The notes under the pieces were generated by a model. The model had not been told where the DNA came from. It saw only the letters and a list, made by a program, of their open reading frames with translations, and ran no database searches. The translations under genes were made by a program, and so were the position numbers. From Planctomycetota bacterium (GTDB lineage Bacteria > Planctomycetota > UBA1135), in the NCBI GenBank assembly GCA_018671175.1, contig JABHIE010000030.1:2146-66145 (forward strand): 64,000 nucleotides of DNA, given 5' to 3'. Numbering within the stretch: the first letter of the stretch is position 1; the number at the start of each line of letters is the position of its first letter. Below are positions 37,629 to 47,693 of the stretch, piece after piece.

Positions 37629-39782
37629 TTAAAACTGCGGGGTTTCCATTTCAAGAGCCTCTACTAAGAAGGCCCAGGTGTCGGCGTATTCTTCGATGCG
37701 CTTGGCCGTTGGCTTGCCGGCACCATGACCTGCGCGTGTTTCAATGCGAATCAAAACGGGGTCGTCGCCAGCTTGCGCCGCCTGCAAGGCCGCTGCGAAT
37801 TTAAACGAATGCGCAGGCACAACGCGGTCGTCATGATCACCAGTTGTAACTAAAGTTGCGGGGTAGTCCACGCCTTTGTTCACATTGTGAACCGGTGAAT
37901 ATTGAATCAGATAATTGAATTGATCTTCATCATCGCTTGTGCCGTAATCGCTGGCCCAAGCCCACCCAATCGTGAATTTGTGATAGCGCAGCATGTCAAG
38001 CACGCCTACCGCCGGCAAGCACGCGCCAAACAACTCGGGGCGTTGGGTCATGCAAGCACCAACGAGTAGCCCACCGTTAGAGCCACCACGGATGGCCAGC
38101 CTGGATGGTTTTGTCCAGTCGTTTTCAATTAACCACTCTGCCGCAGCGATGAAATCATCAAAAACATTTTGCTTATTCAGCACAGTGCCGCCTTGATGCC
38201 ATTCTTGCCCGAATTCGCCGCCGCCGCGGATATTCGCCATTGCGTAAACGCCGCCCATCTCCATCCAGACTGTATTGGCAATTGAGAAATATGGGGTCAA
38301 TGGGATGTTGAAGCCGCCATAGCCATAGAGCAAAACGGGCAACTCACCGTTGGGCTCGACTCCTTTTTTGCGCACTAAAAACATCGGGACCTGAGTGCCA
38401 TCTTTGGACGGGTACCACACTTGATCAGCGACAAACCCCGATGGATCAAAGTCGACTTCGGGCGAACGAAACAAAGTCGTCTTGCCGGAAGTCATATCTA
38501 AGTGAAAAACACTCGATGGATATGAAAATGAAGAGAATGAAAAATATGCCTGGTCATCATCGTGGCTGCCTGAGAAGCCTCCGACTGAACCGAGGGTTGG
38601 TAACTCTAAATCCCAGAGATGCTCACCGCTCGTCGAAAGGGCCTTGACCAATCCATGAGCGTTATGCAAATAAGTAACCAATAGACTTCCGTTGAGGAAA
38701 TCGACTGACTCAATAACATCGCTTGTTTGCGGAATGACCTCAAGCCAATTTGCTGGCTCTGGGTTATTGATATCAATCGCCAAAACGCGGCCACGCGGAG
38801 CATCTTTTGTGGTTTGGATAAACCATGTGGTGCCGTCATTACCGAGATAATGGTAGGCCGCATCAAACGCAGTAAACAAGGGCATGACTTGTGCAGAATC
38901 GGACTCTAAATCCATATACCACATACGGTTTTTCCGAGCTGTCCCCTCGTAGCCAAACAAAACCAAGAAGCGGCCATCGTCGGTCACGGTCGGGTCAAAA
39001 CCCCAATCAGGCTGATCCGGACGCTCGTGAATTAATGTGTCACTCTCTTGATCTGTGCCAAGTTGATGAAAGTACATTTTGTTATCTCGGTTGACCGCAG
39101 ATAACTCGCTTCCTTCTGGTGCAGGAAATCGAGAATAAAAGAAACCACTGCTATCTTTCTTCCAAGATACATCTGAATTTTTTAGCCAATGCAAAACATC
39201 ACTACGATCTTGCCCTGTTGCTACATCGCGAACAAACCAAGTCTGCCAGTCTGAGCCAGCATCGGCAATGGCGTATGCCATGTAGTCGCCATCGTGGCTA
39301 AAGCTAACCGCGGACAACGCTTGAGTACCGTCAGCGCTGAGAGTGTTGGGGTCAAGCAGGATGCGTGCATTCGGGTCGTGCGGTTTATCGCCAACAAACA
39401 AAACAGATTGATTCTGCAAACCATCATTTTTGGACCAAACCCAAACCTTGCCATGGCGACTCGGCACGCCAATCTTTTCATAGTTCCAGAGCTGGGTGAG
39501 TCGAGACATCAAAGCCTCACGCGCAGGGAGAGCGCGCAAATAATCGAAAGTCAATTCATTTTGCGATGAAACCCAAGCGGCTGTTTCGTCTGACAGATCA
39601 TCCTCTAGCCAACGATAGGGGTCAGAAACGGCTTGACCGAAATAATCATCGACCTGATCCACAGTTGCCGTTGTGGGGTAATCCCAGGCAAAGCCATCTT
39701 GCCAACCGTCATCGGCGGGCGTTGTGCAACAAGATGCAAGAAGTAGAGCTGGCGTGAAAAGGGGAATCAGTATGCGGCGCAT
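37629..39782 (-). CDS. Prolyl oligopeptidase (S9A), lipoprotein
   Basis: DPYRWLE, YGYGGF, GGSNGG, DHDDRV, AGHG; LASC lipobox. Confidence 0.96.
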   Translation of the reverse strand: MRRILIPLFTPALLLASCCTTPADDGWQDGFAWDYPTTATVDQVDDYFGQAVSDPYRWLEDDLSDETAAWVSSQNELTFDYLRALPAREALMSRLTQLWNYEKIGVPSRHGKVWVWSKNDGLQNQSVLFVGDKPHDPNARILLDPNTLSADGTQALSAVSFSHDGDYMAYAIADAGSDWQTWFVRDVATGQDRSDVLHWLKNSDVSWKKDSSGFFYSRFPAPEGSELSAVNRDNKMYFHQLGTDQESDTLIHERPDQPDWGFDPTVTDDGRFLVLFGYEGTARKNRMWYMDLESDSAQVMPLFTAFDAAYHYLGNDGTTWFIQTTKDAPRGRVLAIDINNPEPANWLEVIPQTSDVIESVDFLNGSLLVTYLHNAHGLVKALSTSGEHLWDLELPTLGSVGGFSGSHDDDQAYFSFSSFSYPSSVFHLDMTSGKTTLFRSPEVDFDPSGFVADQVWYPSKDGTQVPMFLVRKKGVEPNGELPVLLYGYGGFNIPLTPYFSIANTVWMEMGGVYAMANIRGGGEFGQEWHQGGTVLNKQNVFDDFIAAAEWLIENDWTKPSRLAIRGGSNGGLLVGACMTQRPELFGACLPAVGVLDMLRYHKFTIGWAWASDYGTSDDEDQFNYLIQYSPVHNVNKGVDYPATLVTTGDHDDRVVPAHSFKFAAALQAAQAGDDPVLIRIETRAGHGAGKPTAKRIEEYADTWAFLVEALEMETPQF

Positions 39783-39804
39783 ACCGCGAGTTTAAACCCG
39801 CCGA

Positions 39805-41403
39805 TTACTCTGGTGACCAAGTCTTGGAGAGATGCATCAATCCTGAAACGCTTCCGTCTTCTGAGTAGACGCTAGCCGACAGGGTGTCGTTGCCGTTATT
39901 CACCAAACCGGTAAACAAGATGTCAGATGAATCTTTCATTTCCATCGTGCCCAAAACTAACCCAGCGTCACCCTTAGGGCCACCATCAAAGCTTTGGTCA
40001 AAGTTCTGCATTTGCTCGAAACTGGAGCCCCAACCGCCCCAATAGACACTGCCCCATGCAAAGTGCAAAATCTCAGAGTTTTCGTGTCCGTACCATTTTT
40101 CGAACTTCATCAAAACCGGTACGGAACCTGTGTTGGTCGAGATGTAACCCTCCCATTCGCCAAGGAAGTTCATGTCGTAATGCCCGACGCCTCCTTCAAA
40201 CTCAACGGAACCCGAAGAATTGTCTTCGAACCAAATGACCCCTTCGGCGTCGGTGTAGACAATGCTGCGTTCGTAGTAGCCCTCCATGCGCTGAAGCGAT
40301 GCATCGAACTGCATATAAAACACGGTCGTGTTTGAAACCATCTGATTCGGGTCGCTACTCGACATGCTGAACTCGACCAGGCCATCTTCGTCAATCTCCC
40401 AAGAAAAATTCAAACCTGAAGTTGGGGTGTAACGAATGCCACTAAAAATGTACTCGTTGAGAACGACCTCTTCTTGGAACTCGGAAAAATCAAGTAGCAG
40501 GTTTGTCCAACTTGAGGATGAATCATTCCACATACGCCCGGCCCAAGCGCCGGCCAAAATTGAGTCTGGGTAATCAAAGCGCTTAAGAGTGACTGTGCCC
40601 GCCTCGCCGCCTGGCATTGGGCCGCCGAGATACATCACGGTGTAATCGCAGTAAAGGAAGTCTTTATCTTCGCTCATCTGCCCCGTGAGCTTGAGCTTGG
40701 TCTCGGCACCGCCCGAGTAAACCCAACCTAAATCGAGGGTTAATTTACCGGAGGAATCAAAATCCCAGGACTGCCACCACGGTGCGGGCGTTTCAGGGCC
40801 TTCGTCAAATCGCGCGCCGAGAACGCCGAAGCCACCGTTTTCGGGGTCTAAGCCAAAATCAATGACGAAATCACTGATGCCGCCCATCGGCAACGAACCT
40901 GGCTCAGCAACCCAAAGCGCCTCTAGGTCAAGATAGGAAAAGAGCAAAGGCGTGACCGTGACATAAACGGTCGCGTAAGAAGATTGAGTGCCATCTTCAA
41001 GAAGCAATGCGTACCGAAAAGAATCGATACCTACAAATGCTCGACCCGGCCAGTACCGAATCGGCTCGGTGGGATCATTTGGATTCCATTGAATCGTGCC
41101 GTTAGGAGGGCGCGTAACCGTCGCAATTTGTAGATTGCCAAGCTCAAAGCCAAAGTCATTGTTTAAGACTTTGATGTCAACATAACCACCACCCTCGGCC
41201 TCAGCGAAGTCATCCATTGGTGGATTTTCCTCGGTACCTGGAGGGTCGTCATCTCCGCCATCGCCTGATGCGCCGCTACTCGCGCTGCCCGATCCAGAGC
41301 TATAGCGCAAATCACCGCCGGCACCAATACAACTCATCTGTGCAAATAACAACCCCAAAAAGGTTGCTATGGCTACAAAAGGGAGGACTCTGCGAAAATG
41401 CAT
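39805..41403 (-). CDS. Acidic surface lipoprotein with Ig/cadherin-like domain and three beta-rich modules
   Basis: Lipobox-like QMSC; VLNND...P.NG...Y.P...F.G.DSF.Y; Trp-initiated repeated modules. Confidence 0.7.
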   Translation of the reverse strand: MHFRRVLPFVAIATFLGLLFAQMSCIGAGGDLRYSSGSGSASSGASGDGGDDDPPGTEENPPMDDFAEAEGGGYVDIKVLNNDFGFELGNLQIATVTRPPNGTIQWNPNDPTEPIRYWPGRAFVGIDSFRYALLLEDGTQSSYATVYVTVTPLLFSYLDLEALWVAEPGSLPMGGISDFVIDFGLDPENGGFGVLGARFDEGPETPAPWWQSWDFDSSGKLTLDLGWVYSGGAETKLKLTGQMSEDKDFLYCDYTVMYLGGPMPGGEAGTVTLKRFDYPDSILAGAWAGRMWNDSSSSWTNLLLDFSEFQEEVVLNEYIFSGIRYTPTSGLNFSWEIDEDGLVEFSMSSSDPNQMVSNTTVFYMQFDASLQRMEGYYERSIVYTDAEGVIWFEDNSSGSVEFEGGVGHYDMNFLGEWEGYISTNTGSVPVLMKFEKWYGHENSEILHFAWGSVYWGGWGSSFEQMQNFDQSFDGGPKGDAGLVLGTMEMKDSSDILFTGLVNNGNDTLSASVYSEDGSVSGLMHLSKTWSPE

Positions 41404-41445
41404 CAACCTAGATTATCACCTAATAGCGACACAAACGGGTCTTTT

Positions 41446-42531
41446 TTAGTCTTCCAGCTCGTTAAGCCAGCCCTGCACTTTTTCTAAATCTACAGAAGAA
41501 AGCGGCTGACGAGAGAGTTGGTTTAAAGCCGCGTATGCCTCATCAATCATGCCCTGGTTGCTCAACAAAACAGCTAAAGCATGGCCCGCCTTGAGGTAAT
41601 CTGGCTTCAGCTCTAGCGCACGCGAAAAAGCAGCTTCAGCGCCAGCAGGGTCTAAAAACGATGCGGACGCCATCCCTAGTACGAAATGAGCCTCAGCGTT
41701 TTGGGGATCTAGCTGAGTGACCTCGTTGCACAAGCTGATGGCCTTGTCGTATTGGTTGCCCGCAAACGCGCATTGCCCTGCCTCTAGGAGTAGCGCAACA
41801 TCACCAGGCGAATCTTTTTGCAAACGACCGTAGATCAGCAGCGCGGCTTCATATCGACGAAGGGTCACCAAAGCGCGCGCGCGCAAGGTCAAATCTTCGG
41901 AAGAAAGTGGGTCAACCACCATCAAGCGATCAAGCAAAACAATCGATTCAGCTTCTTGCCCACTCGAAAATGCGCAATGCGCCATCTCTCGCAAAAGCCC
42001 GCTGTCACGAGGATGGCTCTTAAGTGCAATTTGATACAGGGGTAATGCCGCAGCAAAATCTCCGCGCTCGCGAGAATCAACCGCCAAGACATATGCGGCT
42101 GGTGACTTTGGCTCGTGGTAATCCACTACAAAGGTTGCCATTTTGAGGGCGGTCTCGCGCTCGTTTATTTGTAGCAAAACCCAAGCGTGGAGCGCCTCTA
42201 CATGCGAACTTGTGCGGTAGGTCGTTTTTTCGGCCGTCAATCGCATTGCGGCAGAAGACCAATCAGCGGCTCGAATCAAGCCGACAACATTAGAAAGAGC
42301 TGGCATCCGTGCAAAATCTCGGAGGGTCGGCCGCAAAGGGGCGGGAAGGAAACTCATCTCTGGCCCCTGGGTTTGAGCGAGCTCTTGGGCGCTAATGAAG
42401 TCGCCTCGCTCGCCGAACGCGTGGCTCATAGTCTGGCAAGCTGGCGCAAAAAACGACACCAAAGCCAATGCGGCCAGGCCCCAGGTGGGCCGACTATGCA
42501 AAAGTCGTGAGCGGCTTGCTTTCATTTCCAT
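41446..42531 (-). CDS. TPR-repeat lipoprotein
   Basis: APAC lipobox-like motif; multiple TPRs (DPQNAEAHFVLG, ALELKPDY). Confidence 0.85.
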   Translation of the reverse strand: MEMKASRSRLLHSRPTWGLAALALVSFFAPACQTMSHAFGERGDFISAQELAQTQGPEMSFLPAPLRPTLRDFARMPALSNVVGLIRAADWSSAAMRLTAEKTTYRTSSHVEALHAWVLLQINERETALKMATFVVDYHEPKSPAAYVLAVDSRERGDFAAALPLYQIALKSHPRDSGLLREMAHCAFSSGQEAESIVLLDRLMVVDPLSSEDLTLRARALVTLRRYEAALLIYGRLQKDSPGDVALLLEAGQCAFAGNQYDKAISLCNEVTQLDPQNAEAHFVLGMASASFLDPAGAEAAFSRALELKPDYLKAGHALAVLLSNQGMIDEAYAALNQLSRQPLSSVDLEKVQGWLNELED

Positions 42532-42572
42532 CTATTCTACGGCTACAATCCACCTTCCCCCCCGAGAAATCC

Positions 42573-43307
42573 TTGACCCCCATCCCCCTTCAAGCCATCT
42601 TCCTTGATGCTGGCAACACGCTTTTCACCGAGCGGCGACCGCGGCACGAGCTTTACGCCAACTTGGTTGCGCGCTTTGGCTGCGCAGAAAGGCCGGTTGA
42701 GATGCGTGGTTGGATGAGCGAAGCCTATGGCAATTTGCCAGACCAGATCGATGGGCATTTTCGTTTCAGCATTGGCTGGTTTCGCCATTTCCACCAATCC
42801 GTCCTTACTCAGGCCGGCTTGCCCGAGCATCAACTCGACGAGGCGCACAATGCTCTTGTCGCCCTTTTCGAAAACCCAAAGACCTACCATCTCTTTGAGG
42901 AAGTCGTCCCTTTCTTGACAGAATTAGCGAACCGCAAGATTCCTGTGTGCGTTATTTCTAACTGGTCTGAGCGGCTACCGCGACTCATCAAGGGCCTTGG
43001 CCTCAAAGACCTAGTTGCATTTACAGTAACTAGCGCCGAGCTTCGTTCGGAAAAACCATCTCGCGCCATTTTTGAGCGAGCTCTTTTTCGGGCGGGTGCT
43101 TCTGCTGAGCGCGTGATACATATTGGCGATCATCTCGACCGTGATGTGCGTGGCGCGCTAAACGCTGGGTTGCGCGCGATTTTGCTTGACCGCACAAGCC
43201 AACATCAATTCACACGCGAGACCATCCCCGTCGCCTCTTCTTTGCATGCGGCGCTTGGTTTTACCGCACCAGCTCTTCCACACTCCTCACTCGAAACAAA
43301 TGCCTAG
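42573..43307 (+). CDS. HAD-superfamily IA hydrolase (REG-2/HDHD3-like)
   Basis: FLDAGNTL, ISNW, EKP..AIF, HIGD..RD..GA. Confidence 0.9.
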   Translation: MTPIPLQAIFLDAGNTLFTERRPRHELYANLVARFGCAERPVEMRGWMSEAYGNLPDQIDGHFRFSIGWFRHFHQSVLTQAGLPEHQLDEAHNALVALFENPKTYHLFEEVVPFLTELANRKIPVCVISNWSERLPRLIKGLGLKDLVAFTVTSAELRSEKPSRAIFERALFRAGASAERVIHIGDHLDRDVRGALNAGLRAILLDRTSQHQFTRETIPVASSLHAALGFTAPALPHSSLETNA

Positions 43308-44286
43308 CGCCGCTCAGCCACTCGCACCCAACGAGGCAATCGCTTTGGCGACCCAGTTGCGCGTTGAGCTTGAAAAGTGGCATTTGGGCGAGTCTGAGCT
43401 ACTTGAGCTATTGCTCGCTTCGGTTCTAAGCGGTGGGCATGTGTTGCTTGAAGGCGCGCCTGGTCTTGGCAAAACTCACCTCGTCCGCGCGCTGTCGGCG
43501 TTGCTTGGGCTCGATTTTGGCCGCATTCAATGCACGCCTGATTTAATGCCCGGCGACATTACTGGCGGAGATGTCCTTGATTTAGACGAACACGGCAAGA
43601 GATGTTTTCGTTTTTCTAAGGGGCCTGTTTTTTGCCAAGTGCTCCTGGCAGACGAAATCAATCGAGCCACGCCTCGCACTCAATCTGCACTCCTTGAGGC
43701 CATGCAAGAGGGTCAAATCACATCGGGCGCAACGGGCCATTTGCTGCCAACTCCGTTTTTGGTGATTGCAACCCAAAACCCAATCGAGCTCGAAGGCACT
43801 TACCCACTTCCCGAAGCTCAGCTCGATCGCTTTGCGGTGCAACTCAATTTACAGCAACCCGATGCGCAAACTCTTGAGGCCATTTTGCGGCTTAAAAATG
43901 GGGCGCTTCCAAGTGAAGCTGTCTGCAATCAAGAGATGCTTCGGAAGTTGCAGGCCAATGTGCAACAGGTTGTTATTGCTGACGACCTTTACGCTCAACT
44001 TGCTGGCTTTTTGCTTTCCACTCATCCGAATGCAGCGAGCGCACCGCCGAGCATTCGCGAATCGATACGCTTCGGCGCAAGCCCAAGGGCGGGTCAATCT
44101 GCGCTTGCTGTTGCCCAAGGCCTTGCTCTTTTGCGGGGTCGGCACCATGTTGCGCCAAATGATTTAACGGATGCGCTCAAGCCTGCCCTAGAGCATCGTC
44201 TACTGCTTAAATTTGAAGCGCGCGCAACTGGCGCACAAGTCGAAACGCTTGTCTCTGAGGCTCTTGCGGCCTCTCCAATCCAATAG
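43300..44286 (+). CDS. MoxR-family AAA+ ATPase
   Basis: EGAPGLGKT, RIQCTPDLMPGD, DEINRA, ATQNPIE.EGTYPLPEAQLDRF. Confidence 0.95.
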   Translation: MPSAAQPLAPNEAIALATQLRVELEKWHLGESELLELLLASVLSGGHVLLEGAPGLGKTHLVRALSALLGLDFGRIQCTPDLMPGDITGGDVLDLDEHGKRCFRFSKGPVFCQVLLADEINRATPRTQSALLEAMQEGQITSGATGHLLPTPFLVIATQNPIELEGTYPLPEAQLDRFAVQLNLQQPDAQTLEAILRLKNGALPSEAVCNQEMLRKLQANVQQVVIADDLYAQLAGFLLSTHPNAASAPPSIRESIRFGASPRAGQSALAVAQGLALLRGRHHVAPNDLTDALKPALEHRLLLKFEARATGAQVETLVSEALAASPIQ

Positions 44287-44293
44287 CGTTGCT

Positions 44294-44497
44294 TTAAGCG
44301 GCATTACGCGCCAGACGCGCGACAAGGTGCTCGCGCAACCAACGATAACTACGGGCGGTTCGCTCGACGGCGGTTCGTATTTCTTCGGGCAAAGTGGCCA
44401 TGTAAGCATCTAGGCCGGCCAAGTCTTCTTGGCTGAAGAATAGCTTGTATTGGCCAAAGGCCTCACGGACGGTAATTTGGGCGGTGTCTTGCATCAC
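44294..44497 (-). CDS. Small hypothetical protein
   Basis: 67-aa ORF filling an otherwise empty gap; amphipathic helical composition. Confidence 0.5.
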   Translation of the reverse strand: MMQDTAQITVREAFGQYKLFFSQEDLAGLDAYMATLPEEIRTAVERTARSYRWLREHLVARLARNAA

Positions 44498-44575
44498 TCT
44501 TATGACTAAGCCCTATCGGCTTTAGTTCCTAACTTTTGTAGGAAATTGCAATAAAAAAATATATCAGAAAACAGG

Positions 44576-46735
44576 TTACCGCCTACTTTTTTCCAACAGC
44601 CAAAGGGGCAGGCGGCGGCGAAAAATATCTTTGTCGGCACAGGCCATTTCGTAATCTCTGGCGAAAACGACCTCTGCTTTAGAAAAGGGTAAGTCTGGGT
44701 GGATACGCTCAGCCAACTCGGGAGTCTCTCTGATGAGCTCTAGAAACATGCCAAACCGCGAACCATACCGATGGGCGGCGGTTGCGGCGCATTCGGCGTC
44801 AAGCCCAACAGCCTCAGATTCAAGGAGGCATTGGTGGACGAAACTTGGCCAATCGCCCGCTGGACGCCATGGAAAAGGGCGGTCATCTGTTTTACATTCA
44901 ACCGCTTTTCGCCCCAGCCGCTGCACGACCAAATCAACGACCTCGGCCGCATCAACTCTTGCGGATGTCAATTTTCCGCCAATGGGCAACAGCAAGCCCG
45001 GCTCAGGCTCAGTCAACTCCCATTCTCGACTAACCGCGCTTGCGGAACCTGTTTGATTCGGCAAGGTGCGGAGGCCAACAAAGGAAGAAATGACATCCTC
45101 TTTATTCCAGGACAAATTGTGAAAAGATGCATTTGCATTTTGAATTAAATACTCAATCTCATTTTCACTCACGCGCGCCTTTCTTGGATGACCATGATGA
45201 TCAATTTCAGTCGTGCCAAGCAAAGTGCGGCCATACCAGGGAATGAGAAAAAAGATGCGTCCGTCGTCAGCAGTCAATAAAAACGCCTGCTGGCAAGGCA
45301 GTGCTGGCATGACCAAATGAGTGCCCTGAATCAAACGCACGCATTCACTTTTGGATGTCGGTTTACGCAGAGTGTCAACCCAGGGGCCAACAGGCGCGAA
45401 GACTATTTTTGCATGAATATCAATGGCTTGCTCGTCGCCAAACGAATCAACGACTTTTGCGCCGGTGACTCTTGATTGACCAGATTGAGTCTCGCGAATT
45501 AAATGCTCGACGCGCGCATAATTTACGGCGACAGCTCCAGCTGAAAGCGCGCCTGAGATTAACTCTAAAACAAGTCGGGCATCATCTGTTTCGCAATCAC
45601 AGTAACTAAATGCCGCGCGTAGACCCTTGCGACGCAAAAAGGGCCATCTCTGAATAGTTTCCTTGGAGGAAATCTGTCGATGTCGCGCTCCTGGTTGAGC
45701 GCGACCCGCAAACCAATCGTAAATCATCAAGCCAAGCCGAAACTTAAACGGCGAAACGCGATCACCCTTGTAATTGGGGATGATAAACCGCAAAGGCCGA
45801 ATTCGATGTGGCCCAAGTCGTGACAATTTACGCCGCTCGGCAATGGCTTTCCGTACGAGCCCAAAATCAAAATGCTCTAAATAACGCAGCCCACCATGCA
45901 CCAACTTTGAGGACGACTGCGAAGTGCCGCACGCCCAATCGCCCTGATCTACGATCGCCACTTTTAACCCGCGAAGAGCCGCGTCATAAGCAGCCCAAGC
46001 GCCATAAATGCCGCCACCTATGATGAGCAAATCAAAAGGGCCTGACCGCAATCCCGAATAATTGCGCTGCATTTTATTCTTGGCCTCAATGTTTATCATT
46101 GCTGACACTTGCCCATAATCGCTAAAAACGGCGTCAAGATTCAAATCAACGGCACGCTGAATCGAGTCGATTGTATTACAAGTGAACGCCCAAACCTTAA
46201 TGCCCCGACTCTGCGCTTCTTTTACAAATTGCGAATCAACCGTCTCAATTGCACACGACAAAACAGGCCAATTCGCTTGGCGCGGCTCGGTCATGTTCAA
46301 AACACAATTCTCGCGAAACCCTGCCTTTGAAAACGGCTCAAGTATTGCAGATGAAAAGGAAAGAATGCGCCAATCAGAAAAAGCAGGAAGCAATTCCAGG
46401 ACGGCTTCAGAAAGCGCGGGGTCGTCTCCTTTTAGCTCAATACACAACTCTGCTCGACCTTGGCAAAGCAAGAGCACTTCTTCAAGAGTTGGAACACCCA
46501 AACCAGCTAACTGCCGAGCGCCAGACAAAGACACAACTTCATCACGGCCATGCGTGCGCATTAAATCAGCATCATGCACCACCATCGGGACGCCATCTGC
46601 CGAGAGTCGCACATCAAGCTCAATCGCTTTGCAGCCAAGCTCAAGGGCGCGGGCAAACGCCAAGATAGTGTTTTCAGGGCGTTCCGCCGACGCGCCTCGG
46701 TGGGCAATAAGGCGTAGGGATTTCGCCGTGAGCAT
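44576..46735 (-). CDS. Fusion of glycerophosphodiester phosphodiesterase and FAD glycerol-3-phosphate dehydrogenase
   Basis: N-terminal AHRG..PENT, ELDV, V.HD (GDPD); C-terminal IIGGGIYG, GTS..SSKLVHGGLRYLE, GGKLT (GlpD). Confidence 0.92.
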   Translation of the reverse strand: MLTAKSLRLIAHRGASAERPENTILAFARALELGCKAIELDVRLSADGVPMVVHDADLMRTHGRDEVVSLSGARQLAGLGVPTLEEVLLLCQGRAELCIELKGDDPALSEAVLELLPAFSDWRILSFSSAILEPFSKAGFRENCVLNMTEPRQANWPVLSCAIETVDSQFVKEAQSRGIKVWAFTCNTIDSIQRAVDLNLDAVFSDYGQVSAMINIEAKNKMQRNYSGLRSGPFDLLIIGGGIYGAWAAYDAALRGLKVAIVDQGDWACGTSQSSSKLVHGGLRYLEHFDFGLVRKAIAERRKLSRLGPHRIRPLRFIIPNYKGDRVSPFKFRLGLMIYDWFAGRAQPGARHRQISSKETIQRWPFLRRKGLRAAFSYCDCETDDARLVLELISGALSAGAVAVNYARVEHLIRETQSGQSRVTGAKVVDSFGDEQAIDIHAKIVFAPVGPWVDTLRKPTSKSECVRLIQGTHLVMPALPCQQAFLLTADDGRIFFLIPWYGRTLLGTTEIDHHGHPRKARVSENEIEYLIQNANASFHNLSWNKEDVISSFVGLRTLPNQTGSASAVSREWELTEPEPGLLLPIGGKLTSARVDAAEVVDLVVQRLGRKAVECKTDDRPFPWRPAGDWPSFVHQCLLESEAVGLDAECAATAAHRYGSRFGMFLELIRETPELAERIHPDLPFSKAEVVFARDYEMACADKDIFRRRLPLWLLEKSRR

Positions 46736-46788
46736 GCCACTACTTTACGCGGTATTTGCCCCGCACGAGTATCCTTTCTGCACGAGCC

Positions 46789-47652
46789 ATGAAAGCTGCA
46801 CTCTGCCAAATCCGCCCCAAGCTGGGCGACCTCGACGCCAACTTCAAAACGCACCACGACTGGATTGATCGTGCGACCGAAGCTAGTGCCGACCTCGTTT
46901 TATTCCCCGAACTTTCATTGACGGGCTATTTCTTGCGCGACTTAACGCAAGAGGTTGCACTTGAGCTCAACGACCCACGCCTCGAGCAGCTCATCGCGCG
47001 GTCGGCCGATGGCGGCCCAAGCCTGGTCATTGGTTTTGTTGAGCGGGCGAGTGACCATCGCACTTACAACAGCGCGCTCTTTGCTGAAGACGGCAAGGTT
47101 TTGAGTGTGCACCGGAAAGTACATTTACCCGACTATGGTATTTTCGAAGAAGGCCGCTACTTTGCTGCGGGCGAATCTTTTGATTTGATTCAATCCAAAC
47201 ACGGAAATTTCGGCGTGATGATTTGCGAAGACGCCTGGCACCTTATCCCTGCTTGGCTGCATTATTTGCAAGGTGTCGACGCTTTACTAATTCCCTTCGC
47301 CTCGCCAGCACGAGGCATTGACGCCAACACAGCCGAGCTGACTTCGCAACGCGCTTGGCGCACTTTAGTTTCCGCGCAGTCCCTCTTTTTTCAAAGTTGG
47401 GTTTTGCAATGCAACCGCGTCGGCTATGAAGACGGTGCGCTCTTTTGGGGCGGCTCCATCGCCGCCGACCCTTCAGGCCAAACGGTTATCGAAGCCGAAA
47501 GCGATGAGGAAGAGCTACTCATCGTTGAAGTCGACCCAGCGGCAACGCGACGCGCACGCGATTTCGCGCCTCTCTTACGCGATGCAAAACCAGGCCTCGT
47601 AAGGCGGCAACTGGCCCGCATTCTTGATGACCGCGACGCCTTGCGCCCCTAG
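46789..47652 (+). CDS. Nitrilase-family amidase (stand-alone glutaminase subunit of NAD synthetase)
   Basis: FPELSLTGY, HRKVHLPDYG.FEEGRYF, ICEDAW; adjacent to nadE. Confidence 0.88.
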   Translation: MKAALCQIRPKLGDLDANFKTHHDWIDRATEASADLVLFPELSLTGYFLRDLTQEVALELNDPRLEQLIARSADGGPSLVIGFVERASDHRTYNSALFAEDGKVLSVHRKVHLPDYGIFEEGRYFAAGESFDLIQSKHGNFGVMICEDAWHLIPAWLHYLQGVDALLIPFASPARGIDANTAELTSQRAWRTLVSAQSLFFQSWVLQCNRVGYEDGALFWGGSIAADPSGQTVIEAESDEEELLIVEVDPAATRRARDFAPLLRDAKPGLVRRQLARILDDRDALRP

Positions 47653-47693
47653 CGAGTTTCCCCAATCATCACGCACCTGGCCCATCTAGCCCC

